Assembly: GCF_001194135.2 (NCBI RefSeq)
Contig: NC_069005.1
Span: 23,339,323 to 23,401,749 of the forward strand
Direction: 5' to 3'
DNA length: 62,427 nt
Source: Octopus bimaculoides
Taxonomy: Eukaryota
In this document: piece after piece, positions 1 through 13,604 of the stretch
Numbering within the stretch: position 1 is the stretch's first letter
Layout: the number at the start of each line of letters is the position of its first letter
Position numbers and translations under genes: made by a program
Notes under the pieces: model-generated
Databases searched by the model: none
What the model was told of the DNA's origin: nothing
What the model saw: the letters and a program-made list of their open reading frames with translations, nothing else

Positions 1-164
1 ATATATATATTTATATATATATATATATATACTTATATATACACATATATATATATATACTTATATATACACATATATATATATTTATATATATATATAT
101 ATATACTTATATATACACATATATATATATATATATATATACTTATATATACACACATATATAT

Positions 165-196
<32 letters not shown>
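1..196. repeat. (TA)n/(CA)n compound microsatellite
   Basis: Direct reading of the sequence. Confidence 0.95.
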
Positions 197-200
<4 letters not shown>

Positions 201-201
<1 letters not shown>

Positions 202-538
202 GTCAAATGAGTTGACCCCTGTACTTATTTTTTTTTAAGCCTAATACTTATTCTACTGGTCTCTTGCTGACCTGCTAAGATACAGGTTTGTAAACACACC
301 AACACCAGTTGTCGAGCGATGGTAGCAGACAAATACAGACACAAAGACACACACACACACATCTATACATATATATGAGAAAGAGAGAGATGACATGCTT
401 CTTTTAGTTTCTATCTACGAAATCCACTCACAAGGCTTTGGTCAGTTCAAGGCTATAGTTGAAGACACCTGCCCAAGGTGCCATGCAGTGGGACTGAACC
501 TGGAACTGTGTGGTTGGGAAGCAAGCTTCCTACCATAC
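201..538 (-). mobile_element. SINE family A (CORE-type, octopus OR2-like), 3'-truncated copy
   Basis: Reverse complement has a tRNA-like head (GGTTCAGTCCCAC B-box-like) and a CORE-like GCACCTTGGGCAGGTGTCTTC segment; matches many other copies in the window. Confidence 0.85.
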
Positions 539-559
539 ATATATATACATCATCATATG

Positions 560-867
560 CAAGTATGATTTGGTAGCATGTACCTTACCTTCACAACTTG
601 TTTTGTCTGCCCATATATTTACAAGCCACATCGATATCCAATCGACCGTCCCATCCTTAACCCAGTAGAAAATCAGGGCAATGACCAGTGAAGCAAAGGA
701 GAACTGTACCAGCACCAGGATGGCACATATTTTCGTTGAGTGAACTGGAAAAACATGAAATGAGGTCCCTTTCTCAAGAACACAATGCACCGCCCTGCTT
801 GGGAATCAAACCCATGACCTTATGATTGCAAGAGCGATAACTTAACCACTGGGCTGCATGTCTTCAC
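560..867 (-). mobile_element. SINE family C (GAAGGCGCGTGGC-type head), tail variant 4
   Basis: Head and TTCTTGAGAAAG...CCAGTTCACTCA core match 19582 and 58114; the tail differs. Confidence 0.7.
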
Positions 868-1649
868 AAACAAATACACAAAAGGAAATGGTGGGCACTG
901 ACGTAAATAACAAAGTTATATTTGAATTCAAATAATCCTCACTAATAATAATAATTACTATCTCAAAGCGACTGTAATGAAAAAGCTTCTCTATCATTTA
1001 AATCTTTTATCTTATATGTCTAGTATTTATCAGATGATATTGAACAATGGAATTAATCTGCAACAATTTTGTTCCCATTATATATTTATTATATAGAAAA
1101 GATAAAAAGTATTGTATTGTTATTATGTCAGACAATAGTAAAATGAATGCATATGAAAGGGAACATGAGAAATAACAAGCAAGATAGATAGAAACAAGGA
1201 GATAGATAGACAGACAGATAGGTAGGTAAATAGATATATCGGTAGGTAGGTAGATAAATAGATAGATAGATAGATGACTAGATAGGCAGGTAGGTTGTTA
1301 GGTAGGTGGATCAATAAATAGAGAGAGAGAGAGAGTTTGAGTGAATTGAAAGCACCATCGCTCTATTACAGACGCGCTTGCAATACAGACTATTCTACCC
1401 AACAGATAAGCAGAAAAGAGCCTTACTATAAATATCAAAATAATTGTTCTGGCACTGAGAGTAGCAACATTGAATGCTTTCAACATTAAGAAACATTAAC
1501 CTATAACAATGGTTTTTTTTTATATCATGTCTGAGGATGAGGCTGGTTATCTTATTGGGGCTTACTTGACCTGCAAGAAACAGCAACCACATGGGCCCTC
1601 AAATCACAACCTGCTATTTAAACATTTGTTACAACATCATTATTATTTT

Positions 1650-2015
1650 CTGTCTTGTTTCAGTCTGTGGCCATGCTGGAGCATCGCCTTGAAGAATTTT
1701 AGCCAAATGAATCAACCCACTACTTATTTTCTTTTTAAGCCTGGTGCTTATTCTATTGGTATCTTTTGTTAGACTGCTAAGTTATGGGGACTTAAACATA
1801 CCAACACTGGTTGTCAAGTAGTGGTGGGAGAGACAAACACACACACACATATATGATGGGCTTCTTTCAGTTTCCATCTATCAAATCCACTCAAAAGGTT
1901 TTGATTGGTCTAAGGCTATAGTGGAAGACACTTGTCCAAGGTGCCACGCAGTGGGACTGAACCTGGAACCATGTGGTTGGGAAGTAAACTTACCACACAG
2001 CCACGCCCACACCTA
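1650..2015 (-). mobile_element. SINE family A, near full length
   Basis: TTGTTTCAGTC...CATGCTGGAGCA tail through CCACACAGCCAC head; same layout as 62171. Confidence 0.9.
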
Positions 2016-2346
2016 TACAAAAATCATTCAAAATATATTTTGCAGGCAATGCTCCAGTTTGGTCTTAATGGGTAGAGCTGAAAAGCCTTAAACAATCTGT
2101 CAGTTGTTTTTTGTTTTTAAATAAAATAACAGATGTTGTGAGGTGACAGTCGAAGTAGGTCAGCCATCTGCAACAATCAATACAAGTTTGCCACAACATA
2201 ATAATAATTTTTAAAAAGCCAACAAAATGGTGGATAGACAGCAATAGATTATGAGATAAATTAGCCTGAGGTGTTTTATTACACAACTCCAATACAGCCA
2301 CAGTCCAAGGAATCAGTAAAGCGAGATCATGTTTAGCTTTCCTTAC

Positions 2347-2803
2347 TTAAATTTACCATTTAGCATTCAGATTACTCTGTCAAATGTAATACTTATTTAT
2401 TCATATCACTTTGTATTTAATTCTACATCATCTTGAAACTTTGAGATTCTGATGGCATGACTGTTTATGCTTAAAACAATATTGTAGGGTAGGTGCGAGA
2501 GGCTGGATCTTGCCAGTTTGAATATAAAACAGGTGGAATAATGGGGCCTGGTATGACCGGTTTCAATGGTAAAGGGTTAACCCTTTAACATTCAGATTTC
2601 TCAGTCAAATGTAATGCCTATTTATTCACATTGCTTTGAATTACTCATACACGATCTAGCAGCTTTAAGATTTTGATGAAGTGATTGTTTATTTTTAGAA
2701 TGACATTGTAGGGTAGGTGTAAGAGGCCAAATCCAGTTGGTTTGAACAAAGAACTGGTAGAATATTTTGAATGGATATGGTTGACTTAAATGTTGAAGGA
2801 TTT
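2347..2803 (+). mobile_element. Tandem dimer of piggyBac-type MITE family E
   Basis: Two ~225-bp copies joined by AAAGGG-TTAA-CCCTTT (shared TTAA 2577-2580). Confidence 0.85.
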
Positions 2804-3399
2804 ATCACAGCATTGGTTAAAGGCAAATATTATATCTCAGAGTACCTTTTAATCCAACTGGAGAGATGTGACAAAGAAATAAAGCACCAGTCAACAACTA
2901 CTGAGGTTAATTTAATCAACTACATACTCCCCTTGTATCTAACTGGTATGGGAGTCTGTCAGCTCATATGTACCACCTGTTTAGGGTTACATGTTCCCAG
3001 CTCTGGGTAAATATCCTCACTGTCTTGTGACAAAAAAAAAGACAAAAAAACAGGAAGTAAATCTTATAAGAAATTCAAAGTGGAGCCCCTAAGGGCAACC
3101 TCTGTCTAACTTAAGAGTCTTCTGGTACTCTCACAGCAACTCCTGCAACCAATCTGGTGCCAAAAGTACTACTCGGCACTACTTTGAATCGCCATTAGTG
3201 AGGCTGAGAAGAGGAGGGATTCTCGTACCTGGACAACTCCAGGATCTCCATACACCCAGCCAAAAGCTAGCACCTTGGCGAAGTACTTTGGCATTACTGT
3301 GAAAAATGGCAACAACAACAAGAGAGGTGGTTACCCACCCTATGATGATGGACTGCAGCTCCTGACTGATCAGATATCAAAAATGCAAGCAACTAACTC

Positions 3400-3790
3400 A
3401 GGAGCCTCTACATAGTCACTTGACCTGCAAGAAATAGCAACTAACAATTATCTCTATCTTGAAAAAAGACAAGCACACTGGACAACGTAGTCACTGATAC
3501 ATCACAGCAATTAGTTGGTTAAAGCTGGAAAGCATTTGGTCATTGATTTGCAAAGCCAGGGCTGACCTAGGCTAAATGACTTATTTGTTATATATATGAC
3601 AAGCCAATGAAGAAACCTTTATGTGGCTGCTTGATTTGCAAGAAATAGCAACCAAATCTTCTTCCTATTACACCATATCATCTTAAAAGGAAACGTACAC
3701 TGAGTAAGCGATGCAATCATCGTCATAGTTGGAACACCTTTGATTATAGATGCATTTACAGGATCAGCATTCGCTTGGTGATATTCAACA
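3400..3790 (+). repeat. Unclassified dispersed repeat family H (CTAGAAATAGCAGCCAAATCT core), two fragments
   Basis: The core recurs at about 1560, 4780, 5330, 13500, 19420, 22280, 31420, 31640, 41270, 47720, 49230 and 55920; the 3' end GGGCTGACCTGGGGCTAAAC(AAC)n recurs. Confidence 0.7.
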
Positions 3791-4093
3791 TGACCACCAC
3801 TCCTCCTATATTCAGTCTGTACACAACACCACCAGACTACTACACAGCCTAATTCTGCCACATATTTTCTCACTAAAAGCTAACTTTCTACTGTCAGCTA
3901 CTATCTATCTTAACTTGTGCTCTGTGATAATATTTGCTGTAGTATTTATATGTTTAGTAACATAGAAACCATTTAGGAAGGAAATGTGTTGGGGCAGTGG
4001 GGGGAGGGTAGATGCCAGCAGTCACTACTTGCAACTAATCAGCTTCTGGGTATTTATAACACAAACATGCCTGTGTACATAGATATGTACGTA

Positions 4094-4147
<54 letters not shown>

Positions 4148-4497
4148 TGCATGCATGCATGTGTATACACACTCACTCACACAATGTATGTATAAGGCAT
4201 GGCTGTGTGGATAAAAGTTTGCTTAGCAACCACATGGTAGCTTGGGAGTCTTCTTTCTACCAAAGCTTTTTGGGTGGTACAATACTTTGCTAATGGAATT
4301 TGGTAGACAGTAACTGTGGAGAGCCTTTTTGTGTCGTCATCATTGTTTATTTTGCATTCCTTCATGTTCTGCAACTTGCAGGTTTGGTAAATAGGAATGG
4401 TTAACAGATGTATATGCTTGGGTTGATATGAAAAAGTTAAACCCCTAAATGCAGTGCACCAGCATGGTCATAATCCAATAACTACAACCACGAAAAG

Positions 4498-4626
<129 letters not shown>

Positions 4627-6121
4627 GTAACCTACCTACTTCTGCACCAAGTTTTTTGTACAGTTTTTGATGCTGCTGTTTAGCCCAAGGTCAGCCCCAA
4701 ATCAAGCAGGCCTTTGATCAAAGACATGGCAGTCCTTGTCATTCTGACACAATCTCCACTCCTAATTAGCTGTTCCTCCAGGATGAACATTATTTAGAGT
4801 TTTACTTGTCTATTATTCTAAAATGGCTACTATGATTTGAGGGAAACATTTGACTGTTAGGCTGAGTGGCCATATAAAAGCTCCCTTGGTGGCCTAGTTT
4901 TATTTAGATTTAGCTATTCTTAATTTTTTGGTTTTAGAGCCCCTTATTATAATATCATCTACAAGAGATATAATATCCACAACAGAGAGTACAAACTGAA
5001 CAAAAAAATTATAATTCCAAAACAATTTCCTTTCCACAATTTCTTCAAAATTCAATTACATCTGTTAGTTTAATCAGCATAATTAATTAAACTTAGTAAC
5101 CCCTGTTCTGAAAAGCTCTATTATCAGTCATTCAAGATTTTACAAGATGGGCAAACATAAAGATTCAATGAAAGATAACAAAAACCAGAGTGTGAGGAAA
5201 TTTGTTACAGTTGTGGTGGTGGTGGTGGTGGTGGTTGTTTTAAGCCCCAAGTTGAGGATAAATATATGCAACAAACCCAGAACCAAAGTCCCCAATGAGC
5301 ACTTTTTTAAAAGGGTGGGATGCGATTTGTGGAAGACCTGACTGCTATTTTTGGAGTGTTGAGCAACCACATAGAGGCTCACTTGTCAGTTCAAGCAGAC
5401 TAGTAATGGTTTTTGGTCTGTGTTGGCAGAGGTCACTGAGTAAAATTCACAAATTTGGATAAATTTACCATTAGGAAATGGAAGATACTGATGTTTTCCA
5501 GCAAACATTTAAAAGATTCTTGCCTCTTTCCCTCATCAGCAGCATATCAACTTAAATATCATTCGGTGAACTAAAGAGAAGTTATCTTCCTCCAGTGTAA
5601 TTTCGTACATTCCTTACCTCTTTACCCCGACAAACACCCAGACAAACACCCAGGTCCTACAGACCTCACATAACTCATTTTGAGACCTCCCCATCCCAAT
5701 GCAGATTCACAACAACCACTTTCACAAGCAAGATACCCATAATATTTATTTACAAGTCTATTTATCCTAGTTCTTTTTACAACCTTTTTGTCCCACAACC
5801 CACTTCAATAAAAAAATAAATCAAAAAGCTGTGCTCCCACCATGAACAGAACATTCTATATGACAGTCTATAAAAGATGTTTTAATTAAAACTTTATAAC
5901 AAGTTTTATTCATTTGTTACTTACTTGTAGCTCATTTGGAATTAACTTATCCCCTACCCAACCATTTTTAGAAACACTGATTTAACCCTTCAACGGTTCC
6001 AGACAAGCGTAAAAGACATTTAAGGAAGAAAAACAAAAAGTTAATCAGCAAATCAATTTTCTTCTTTGGAACATCTCAATGAACAAAAACAACTATTCTT
6101 AACCCTTTCTGTTACAACATT

Positions 6122-6560
6122 TAAACCCTTTAACATTTAAACTGACCTTATCCGGCCCAAATATGCAATCTGTTTTAGCTTGTAGCCCAGCCAGATCCGG
6201 CCTATTACATCCACCCGTCTCTGTTATTATAAAATTTAAAATTACATCATCATAACTTTGAAGCCACAAAATAATACATGATTAATTAAAAACAATGTGA
6301 CTAAAACCTACCTCTAGTTAATTCCATGATACAAACCAGCAGAATCTCCAAAAGATTTTTTATTTAACTTTGTAGCGTTCAGATTATTCTGTCAAAAATA
6401 ATGCCTGTTTATTATCGTGGTTTTGAATTTATCATGCATTATCTTGTAGAATTGGGGTTTTGATGGTGTGATTGTTTATTTTGTAAGGTAGGTGTGATAG
6501 GCCTGATCTGGCCAGTTTGAACATCAAACAGAAAGAATATTTGGGTCTGATATCGAATTT
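6122..6560. mobile_element. Two MITE family E copies (minus 6122-6310, plus 6362-6560)
   Basis: Homology to 9507-9735. Confidence 0.7.
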
Positions 6561-6597
6561 TCCATCAAAATTTTATATAAGAAACTTTTTTATTGAG

Positions 6598-6825
6598 TTA
6601 ACCCTTTCGTTTCCAGCCTGGCTAAAACCGGCCCTGGCACTGAGAACAAATGTCTTGTTTTCATAAGTTTTGAATTAAAACCTTCCACCAAATCTTAGTC
6701 ACAATTTATGTTCCTAACACTAGCTTAATGATAACTAAGTTATTTTACTAAAATCTTTGTTATATTTAAAGTAATTGAAAGAAACACAGAGCATCTCAAA
6801 ATAAATACAGTAACTAAAGGGTTAA
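6598..6825 (+). mobile_element. piggyBac-type MITE family F', complete
   Basis: TTAA-CCCTTT...AAAGGG-TTAA termini; homologous to 27287-27514. Confidence 0.9.
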
Positions 6826-7270
6826 TATGTCAAAATATATTGTTAATATGACAATATATTTTGTTAATGACAACACATATATTGTTAATATACCAAGATA
6901 TGATATACCAACATATATTGATAATATGACCAACAAATCTTAATATGCCAACATATATTGTCAATATAGCAACATGTTAGTGTCACTATATTGTCAATAT
7001 AGCAACATGTTAGTGTCACTATATTGTCAATAAAGGAACCAGTATTGGTAATATGGTGAGCATATATTGTCGCTATACCAATATATGTTAATACATTAGT
7101 ACACACTGCAAATGTGCCAACATAATGTTAATATACTCATATACTGTTAATATGCCAATATATAATGCTCAATATATCAACAAGGTGGTGCCCCAGCATG
7201 GTCATGAAAGAAGTAAAAGATATACTGTTTTTTCTGCCAACAAATATTGTTAATATAACATATTAATATG
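6826..7270. repeat. Degenerate AT-rich minisatellite (about 21-bp ATATATTGTTAATATGCCAAC) with an exact 33-bp tandem duplication
   Basis: TATATTGTCAATATAGCAACATGTTAGTGTCAC occurs twice in tandem near 6954-7020. Confidence 0.8.
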
Positions 7271-7364
7271 CCAACATATACATTTACGTTTTGCTACATT
7301 CCAAACACAAGTTTAATGACAAAGTTGATTACTGATCCAAATAGCTGTATATTCTTTAATTATT

Positions 7365-7587
7365 TTAACCCTATTGTTCAAAAAGATTTCTATCGAAATG
7401 TGCTACCTTTTTTTCAATTAATTTTGAAAATAATGAAGAATTTAGTAAAATAACCTGGTATTTGCAGCATAACTTAACAAGAAATTTTGACAGAAGGTTT
7501 TACTTTAAATCACTTTAAAACAATAAGTTTGTACTGTAGAACCAAGACTAAGGGAGATCTCAGATGGATTGCTATCAAAATGGTTAA
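7365..7587 (-). mobile_element. piggyBac-type MITE family F
   Basis: TTAA-CCCT...TGG-TTAA ends; reverse complement matches 43048-43272. Confidence 0.75.
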
Positions 7588-7750
7588 CTGTTGTATCATT
7601 TCATCAGACTAAGAGGGCAACATCCATGACTACTTTTTTCAGGCCTCCGAGGTTAACAGGCAGAAGAAAGGAAGTTATCTCTAAATCAGAATACCTGACT
7701 TGAATGAAATCCAACAAAGGTGGACTCTGTTGAAAGCAAGTATTTAGTGG

Positions 7751-7979
7751 TGAACCCCATAGCATTCAGATTACTCTGTCAAATGTGATGCATATCTATT
7801 TGAACTGCTTTGAAATAATAACACATTATTTTGTAGCCTCGAGATTTCAATGATGTGATTGTTTATTTACAGAATGGCATTGCTGGGTATGGATGAGAGG
7901 CCAAATCTGGCTAGTTTGAACATAAGACAATGGAGACTATTTTGGTCGAATATGACCAGTTTAAATGCTAGAGGGTTAA
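7751..7979 (+). mobile_element. MITE family E
   Basis: AGCATTCAGATTACTCTGTCAAATG...AATGCTAGAGGGTTAA. Confidence 0.85.
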
Positions 7980-9506
7980 TCAAGCAATAGATTTAAGTTT
8001 ACCACCCTTCATCACATTTCTCACCAACTTATTTCAATCCTAAAGACTTTGATCAGACCAAGGTTCATATAAGAACAAACTCAAAACATTCAGGTATAGT
8101 ATTTCATTAAAAAACATCCTTTTGAAGGTCAATACAATGAAGTACCAGTTAAATTCCACGGTCAATATAATCAATTGCCTCCTTCCCTCAAAAGTACTAG
8201 CCTTGTGCCAAAACTAGAAAGAATTATTGCAGTTTAGTTTCGGTTTACTACCATCATTAAAATATAAATATAGATTTAAATTCAAACTTTTATTCTGAAA
8301 GTAAATAAAATTAGAGTTCAATGTTTGCATAGTCATCCTATAATACACAGTAGCAGTTACAGTAGAGTGGCTATCAACTATATAATCACTAGAGTGTACT
8401 TCCATGCTGTAGCACTGCCTGTGTTTACAAGTAAACAGAAATAGGCAAGATGCCAGCAGATTGCCTTTGCATAGTTTTGCATAGATGATAATTAAGATGA
8501 CATGTGTATGAAGCAAATTACAATTAGATAAAGACACACTGCAATTTAATGAATAAAGATAAAAATCACTGAAAAGTATTAAAGAAACAAAGATAGAGAG
8601 AAAGATAGTGAGAGAGAGAGGGGGGAGAGACGTGCATAGAAGAGATTGGAGTAAGTTAGGTGGGTACCAGACAGATTGAGATGAAACAAAGATAATGGAT
8701 GAATCACCATTAACAACAACACTAACAAAACTTGGTTATTAATGGTATCTGACCTCACTGAAGAGCAGGGGAGGGGAGAGGCACAGACAGGGAGAGGGGG
8801 AGAACAATCTGACTAAATAATAGATATTTTCTTTAAAGCCATCTAATTAAACTTCAGAACCCACCTTAAAAGAGATGAGGCTAAGATGAATGAAATTTCA
8901 GAGTTATCACCCTTGCCTTTCTTGACAGCAATTATTGGTTTTCCTCTTCATTGTCAATGTAATTTTAACTGATAAAAAAATGTGTTTGGGTTAACTACAT
9001 TAAGTACTTTAGTCCTCATTTAATTAACAGAGTTCACATGACCTGACTCAATCCATTGAATTTTGTAGAAGTAAAATCCATCAACTAGTCGATATTAAGC
9101 CATTGTGATTATGAAAGAAATATTTCCATAAGTGGGAACAATGGAGCAATATCAAACTTATCAAGTTATCAAAATGTTGTGTTACTTAATGACAAATGTT
9201 TCTGTTATTTCAGAAACTATGAAGCAACTCTAGACATATTTCAGTCTTACAATGACCGTATTGAACCCAACATAGACTTTATCATATTTGCCAACGTAAT
9301 AATTAGAACCATCAGCCTCTCAAAATACAAATGTAACTAATACCAAGTTCACAGGAGCCTGTTAATATCCAAGTGTAACCAAGGCTAAGTTTCTAAGTGC
9401 CTGTCAAAGTCCTAGTATATCCAGCTTAGTTCATTGGTCTGGTAACTGATATAAGCAACCAACAAATAGGACAAATATTATTTACAGTGCTTAGTAGACA
9501 ACTTAA

Positions 9507-9735
9507 TTAACCCTTTAGTATTCAGATTATTCTGTTAAATGTAATGCTTATTTATTCACATCAATTTGAATTAATCATGCATTATCTTGTAGCTTTGAGG
9601 TCTCTGTGATAAGAGCATTTATGTTTTCGAATAACATTCTAGGACAGGTGTGAGAAGAAAGATCTGGCTAGTTTGAACATAAAACACGTAGAATATTTAG
9701 GCTGGATATTGCTGGTTTAAATGCTGAAGGGTTAA
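9507..9735 (+). mobile_element. MITE family E, complete
   Basis: TTAA-CCCTTTAG...CTGAAGGG-TTAA. Confidence 0.9.
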
Positions 9736-10200
9736 TAAAATTCATAAAACAGGATAAAGTGTTTCCCATGATGATGATGATGAGCCGAAGAAAAGTTCAG
9801 TTGCTACGGATACAAGCCCTTCTTTGCATAAATGATGTGTTGGAAGACAAGGTATGCAGATGAAGAGTGTAAGGTTAATGAAAGAACTAAAGGGAAATGA
9901 CAAGAGTTATTTTCATATAAAAACTCATATACAGTCTCACTGTGAAGTGATTCAGCAGTTTAAACATGTGTAAGTGTCCTGTGAGGAGAAAGGAATGCAA
10001 TTCTGACCTAGAAGGACTTCGTTAAACCCCAGCTTAGCCAGGCTCCACACGGATTGTATATTTATATAGCTATATGCAATAATTAGTTCATCATGTCAGC
10101 AAACTTTCTTGGAGTTTTAAAGCAAGACTACTTGAGCTCTCTTTCTCTCTCATACACACACACACACATATATATATTTATACATATACATACATACACA

Positions 10201-10460
10201 TATAACAAACGAAAGGAGAAAATGGAATTCACAAGATTCTTTATTAAACATTACGATCGTTTTAACCCATCTTGCATCAGTCCCTCACAGATGAGATTCT
10301 GAACAACTGGTTGTGGTGCATTATTTAGTGCATATGTCACTTGCCAGGTGACTTTTCAATAGGTACCTTGCACATTAAACTCACACGATGAGTTGAAAGT
10401 ATCATAGTGATTAGTAAGGATTCACACGAATTCCATTTCCTCTTTCTCCCATTTGTTATA
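10201..10460. mobile_element. MITE with ~55-bp imperfect TIRs, TA-flanked (Tc1/mariner type)
   Basis: Left TATAACAAAC..GAAAATGGAATTC pairs with right GAATTCCATTTCC..ATTTGTTATA; a half copy lies at 40260-40400. Confidence 0.7.
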
Positions 10461-10603
10461 TATTTGACTGACAAGACAGAATTCCTGAAGTAAATCCAGT
10501 GATACTTATATCCATACTGTTGATGACATCAAACACCCAAAGACAGTGAACATGCTTTAAACAGCATAGTACCATATGTATACCCAAATTTAAAATTATT
10601 ACC

Positions 10604-10606
<3 letters not shown>

Positions 10607-10689
<83 letters not shown>
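10607..10689. repeat. (AC)n microsatellite
   Basis: Direct reading. Confidence 0.95.
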
Positions 10690-10695
<6 letters not shown>

Positions 10696-11806
10696 ATCAT
10701 CAAAGCCAGATGCTCTGTCTATCACCAAACCGCACTTCCGTCCAAATAAGGTAATATTTTTTCTAATCCTTTGAAGAACAAATGGCTTAATAGCCAAACA
10801 TGCTTTTCACAGAGTATTGTAAATTGACTGTCATACAAATGTTTATATAGTTATGACCTGATTACAATCAGTGTGCACATGTCAACACATCAAGACAAAG
10901 GGAAGACATGAAAGCAAGCATTCCCACCCAGGCATATATGCACATGTACACAACAGGGTACCTAAAATAATAAAGATTTCCAACACCAACTCCAAAGCTA
11001 CAAATTTTGGACTCGACTGCTACTTTATTTCATTGATTAAAAGGTTGGACAGTAAAGTTCAAGGCTCACAACAGGATTTGAACCCAGAATGTGAAGAACT
11101 GTGATTAAACACTAAACATCATATTTATCTGCTGCTCTACCATTTTAATCAATCATTATATTGACTTGAAACACCATTATAAAGATTACCATTACTTATA
11201 TCATTTACTGACTAAATCCTGCTGATTTATACAGAGCTGTGTTAGAAAGGTCTAGTGTAAGAAAAAGAGAAGAGATTCTGTGTAGCTATGATGGATTGTC
11301 AGATCACCCAGAGAAGACTTGGGGGGTCTTCATAGAGTCAGCCAACCATGACAGGTCCCTCTCCCCCAAGGCTGTTATAATTTGTTGGAGAAAGGAAAAG
11401 TGAGAGCAGAAATTGACATAGATTGGTGGTAGGATCTCAAACATTGCTTGCTTCCTGATTCCATTTAAATTCATATAATACGTCTAGCATTATATATATA
11501 TACATACATATGTGTGTGTATATGCAAGAGTGTGGAATTAATAATAGTTAGCCAACCCATTACGTATTTTGTCAGCTGAATAATATATAAACACACACAG
11601 AGTTATTTACATTCATTAAACAGGCACTCAGCTTCTTAATATCTTCCAACCCAATCTCCAACAGTTTGGTATTTCATGCTCTGCAGACATTGTAACCAGT
11701 TAAGTGAGAGAGATAGGTATAATGAGAGAAAAAACAACAAAACCACTAAACTTTACACACACACACATGACGAGAGAAGAAACAAAACCACTAAATTTAT
11801 ATGAGG

Positions 11807-11850
<44 letters not shown>

Positions 11851-11954
11851 ATCTTTTTTAAAACGGGGGCCACATTTTTCATTAACGAAACACTTTGAAA
11901 CTTGGATTACTGGTAGAATGTGTCATATAAAACATCTTTTTCTCTTAGTCTTCT

Positions 11955-12779
11955 TNNNNNNNNNNNNNNNNNNNNNNNNNNNNNNNNNNNNNNNNNNNNN
12001 NNNNNNNNNNNNNNNNNNNNNNNNNNNNNNNNNNNNNNNNNNNNNNNNNNNNNNNNNNNNNNNNNNNNNNNNNNNNNNNNNNNNNNNNNNNNNNNNNNNN
12101 NNNNNNNNNNNNNNNNNNNNNNNNNNNNNNNNNNNNNNNNNNNNNNNNNNNNNNNNNNNNNNNNNNNNNNNNNNNNNNNNNNNNNNNNNNNNNNNNNNNN
12201 NNNNNNNNNNNNNNNNNNNNNNNNNNNNNNNNNNNNNNNNNNNNNNNNNNNNNNNNNNNNNNNNNNNNNNNNNNNNNNNNNNNNNNNNNNNNNNNNNNNN
12301 NNNNNNNNNNNNNNNNNNNNNNNNNNNNNNNNNNNNNNNNNNNNNNNNNNNNNNNNNNNNNNNNNNNNNNNNNNNNNNNNNNNNNNNNNNNNNNNNNNNN
12401 NNNNNNNNNNNNNNNNNNNNNNNNNNNNNNNNNNNNNNNNNNNNNNNNNNNNNNNNNNNNNNNNNNNNNNNNNNNNNNNNNNNNNNNNNNNNNNNNNNNN
12501 NNNNNNNNNNNNNNNNNNNNNNNNNNNNNNNNNNNNNNNNNNNNNNNNNNNNNNNNNNNNNNNNNNNNNNNNNNNNNNNNNNNNNNNNNNNNNNNNNNNN
12601 NNNNNNNNNNNNNNNNNNNNNNNNNNNNNNNNNNNNNNNNNNNNNNNNNNNNNNNNNNNNNNNNNNNNNNNNNNNNNNNNNNNNNNNNNNNNNNNNNNNN
12701 NNNNNNNNNNNNNNNNNNNNNNNNNNNNNNNNNNNNNNNNNNNNNNNNNNNNNNNNNNNNNNNNNNNNNNNNNNNNNNN
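11955..12779. other. Assembly gap (N). Other gaps: 13782-14478, 15092-16033, 17837-17846, 23264-23295, 26061-26877, 27986-27995, 32138-32670, 35646-35707, 40618-40706, 50876-50897, 51718-52210, 59407-59591
   Basis: N-runs. Confidence 0.98.
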
Positions 12780-13029
12780 AGTTTATATATCCTTTGGATA
12801 TTTTTTTTTTTTTCCTTTTGCACTATTATCAAAGATGTGTGACTGGAATATAGAGGAGGAGTAATATTCAGAAAGTAAAATACATTACATCAAGTTTTAA
12901 ATGTCTGGCATGAATTATTGTGAAAATATAAAAACTGCTACTTAAGATGAAGCATTGTTTTAATATTCAATAAGAAGGCATCTAATCATTTTTGCTGTCC
13001 AAACTATCTGACATGTAATACAAATGTTG

Positions 13030-13195
13030 ATGAGACACCTGATGACTGGAGATTAAACTGATGGAAACGAAATACAGATGTTGTCGAGACACCCAATAAC
13101 GATTGGGGATCAAATCAACTTTTCAGCTGATTTGAAATGTCAAAGGTGAGACAATTGATGAGGATCTGAAATCAAACTGACTGAAACGTAAGTCA
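13030..13195 (+). ncRNA. Three tandem, decayed hammerhead-like units
   Basis: GAGACA at 13032, 13086 and about 13148; unit 1 has CTGATGA (13039-13045)...GAAAC (13064-13068); unit 3 has TTGATGAG...GAAACGTAAGTC. Confidence 0.4.
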
Positions 13196-13604
13196 CACAT
13201 CACAGCAGGAGGCACATAGAAGAGCAACTCTGTCCAACTCATTTACAGAAAGGTGACCCAAACACACTGAAAAATGGTGCTCCAGCATGGCCCCAGACTT
13301 TGACTGAAACCAGTAAAAGATAAAAGATGTAGATGTTGTTGTTTTACATAGACATATCCAATGTAGAATAAAAGCTATTTAAGGATCTTGAGCAACATGT
13401 TGCTTGTTTAGCTGTACCTTTGTCAAACTTTAGGAGAGGACACCCAGCCCTTTTTTTGTTAGGAGTCGCCACCACTACGTTATCCAATATATCCTTCCTA
13501 TATTTAAAACAGTGTTGGGTACAGTCTGAGGGAGATCGTGTAGCTATTTCCAGCAGGTTGAATAACTTGGAGGTGTCTCCCCTGTTTGGTTTCATGGTAT
13601 GTTT

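Noticed and set aside
5505-5545. Minus-strand CTGATGAGGG motif
   Set aside because: No GAAA and no stem I complementarity.
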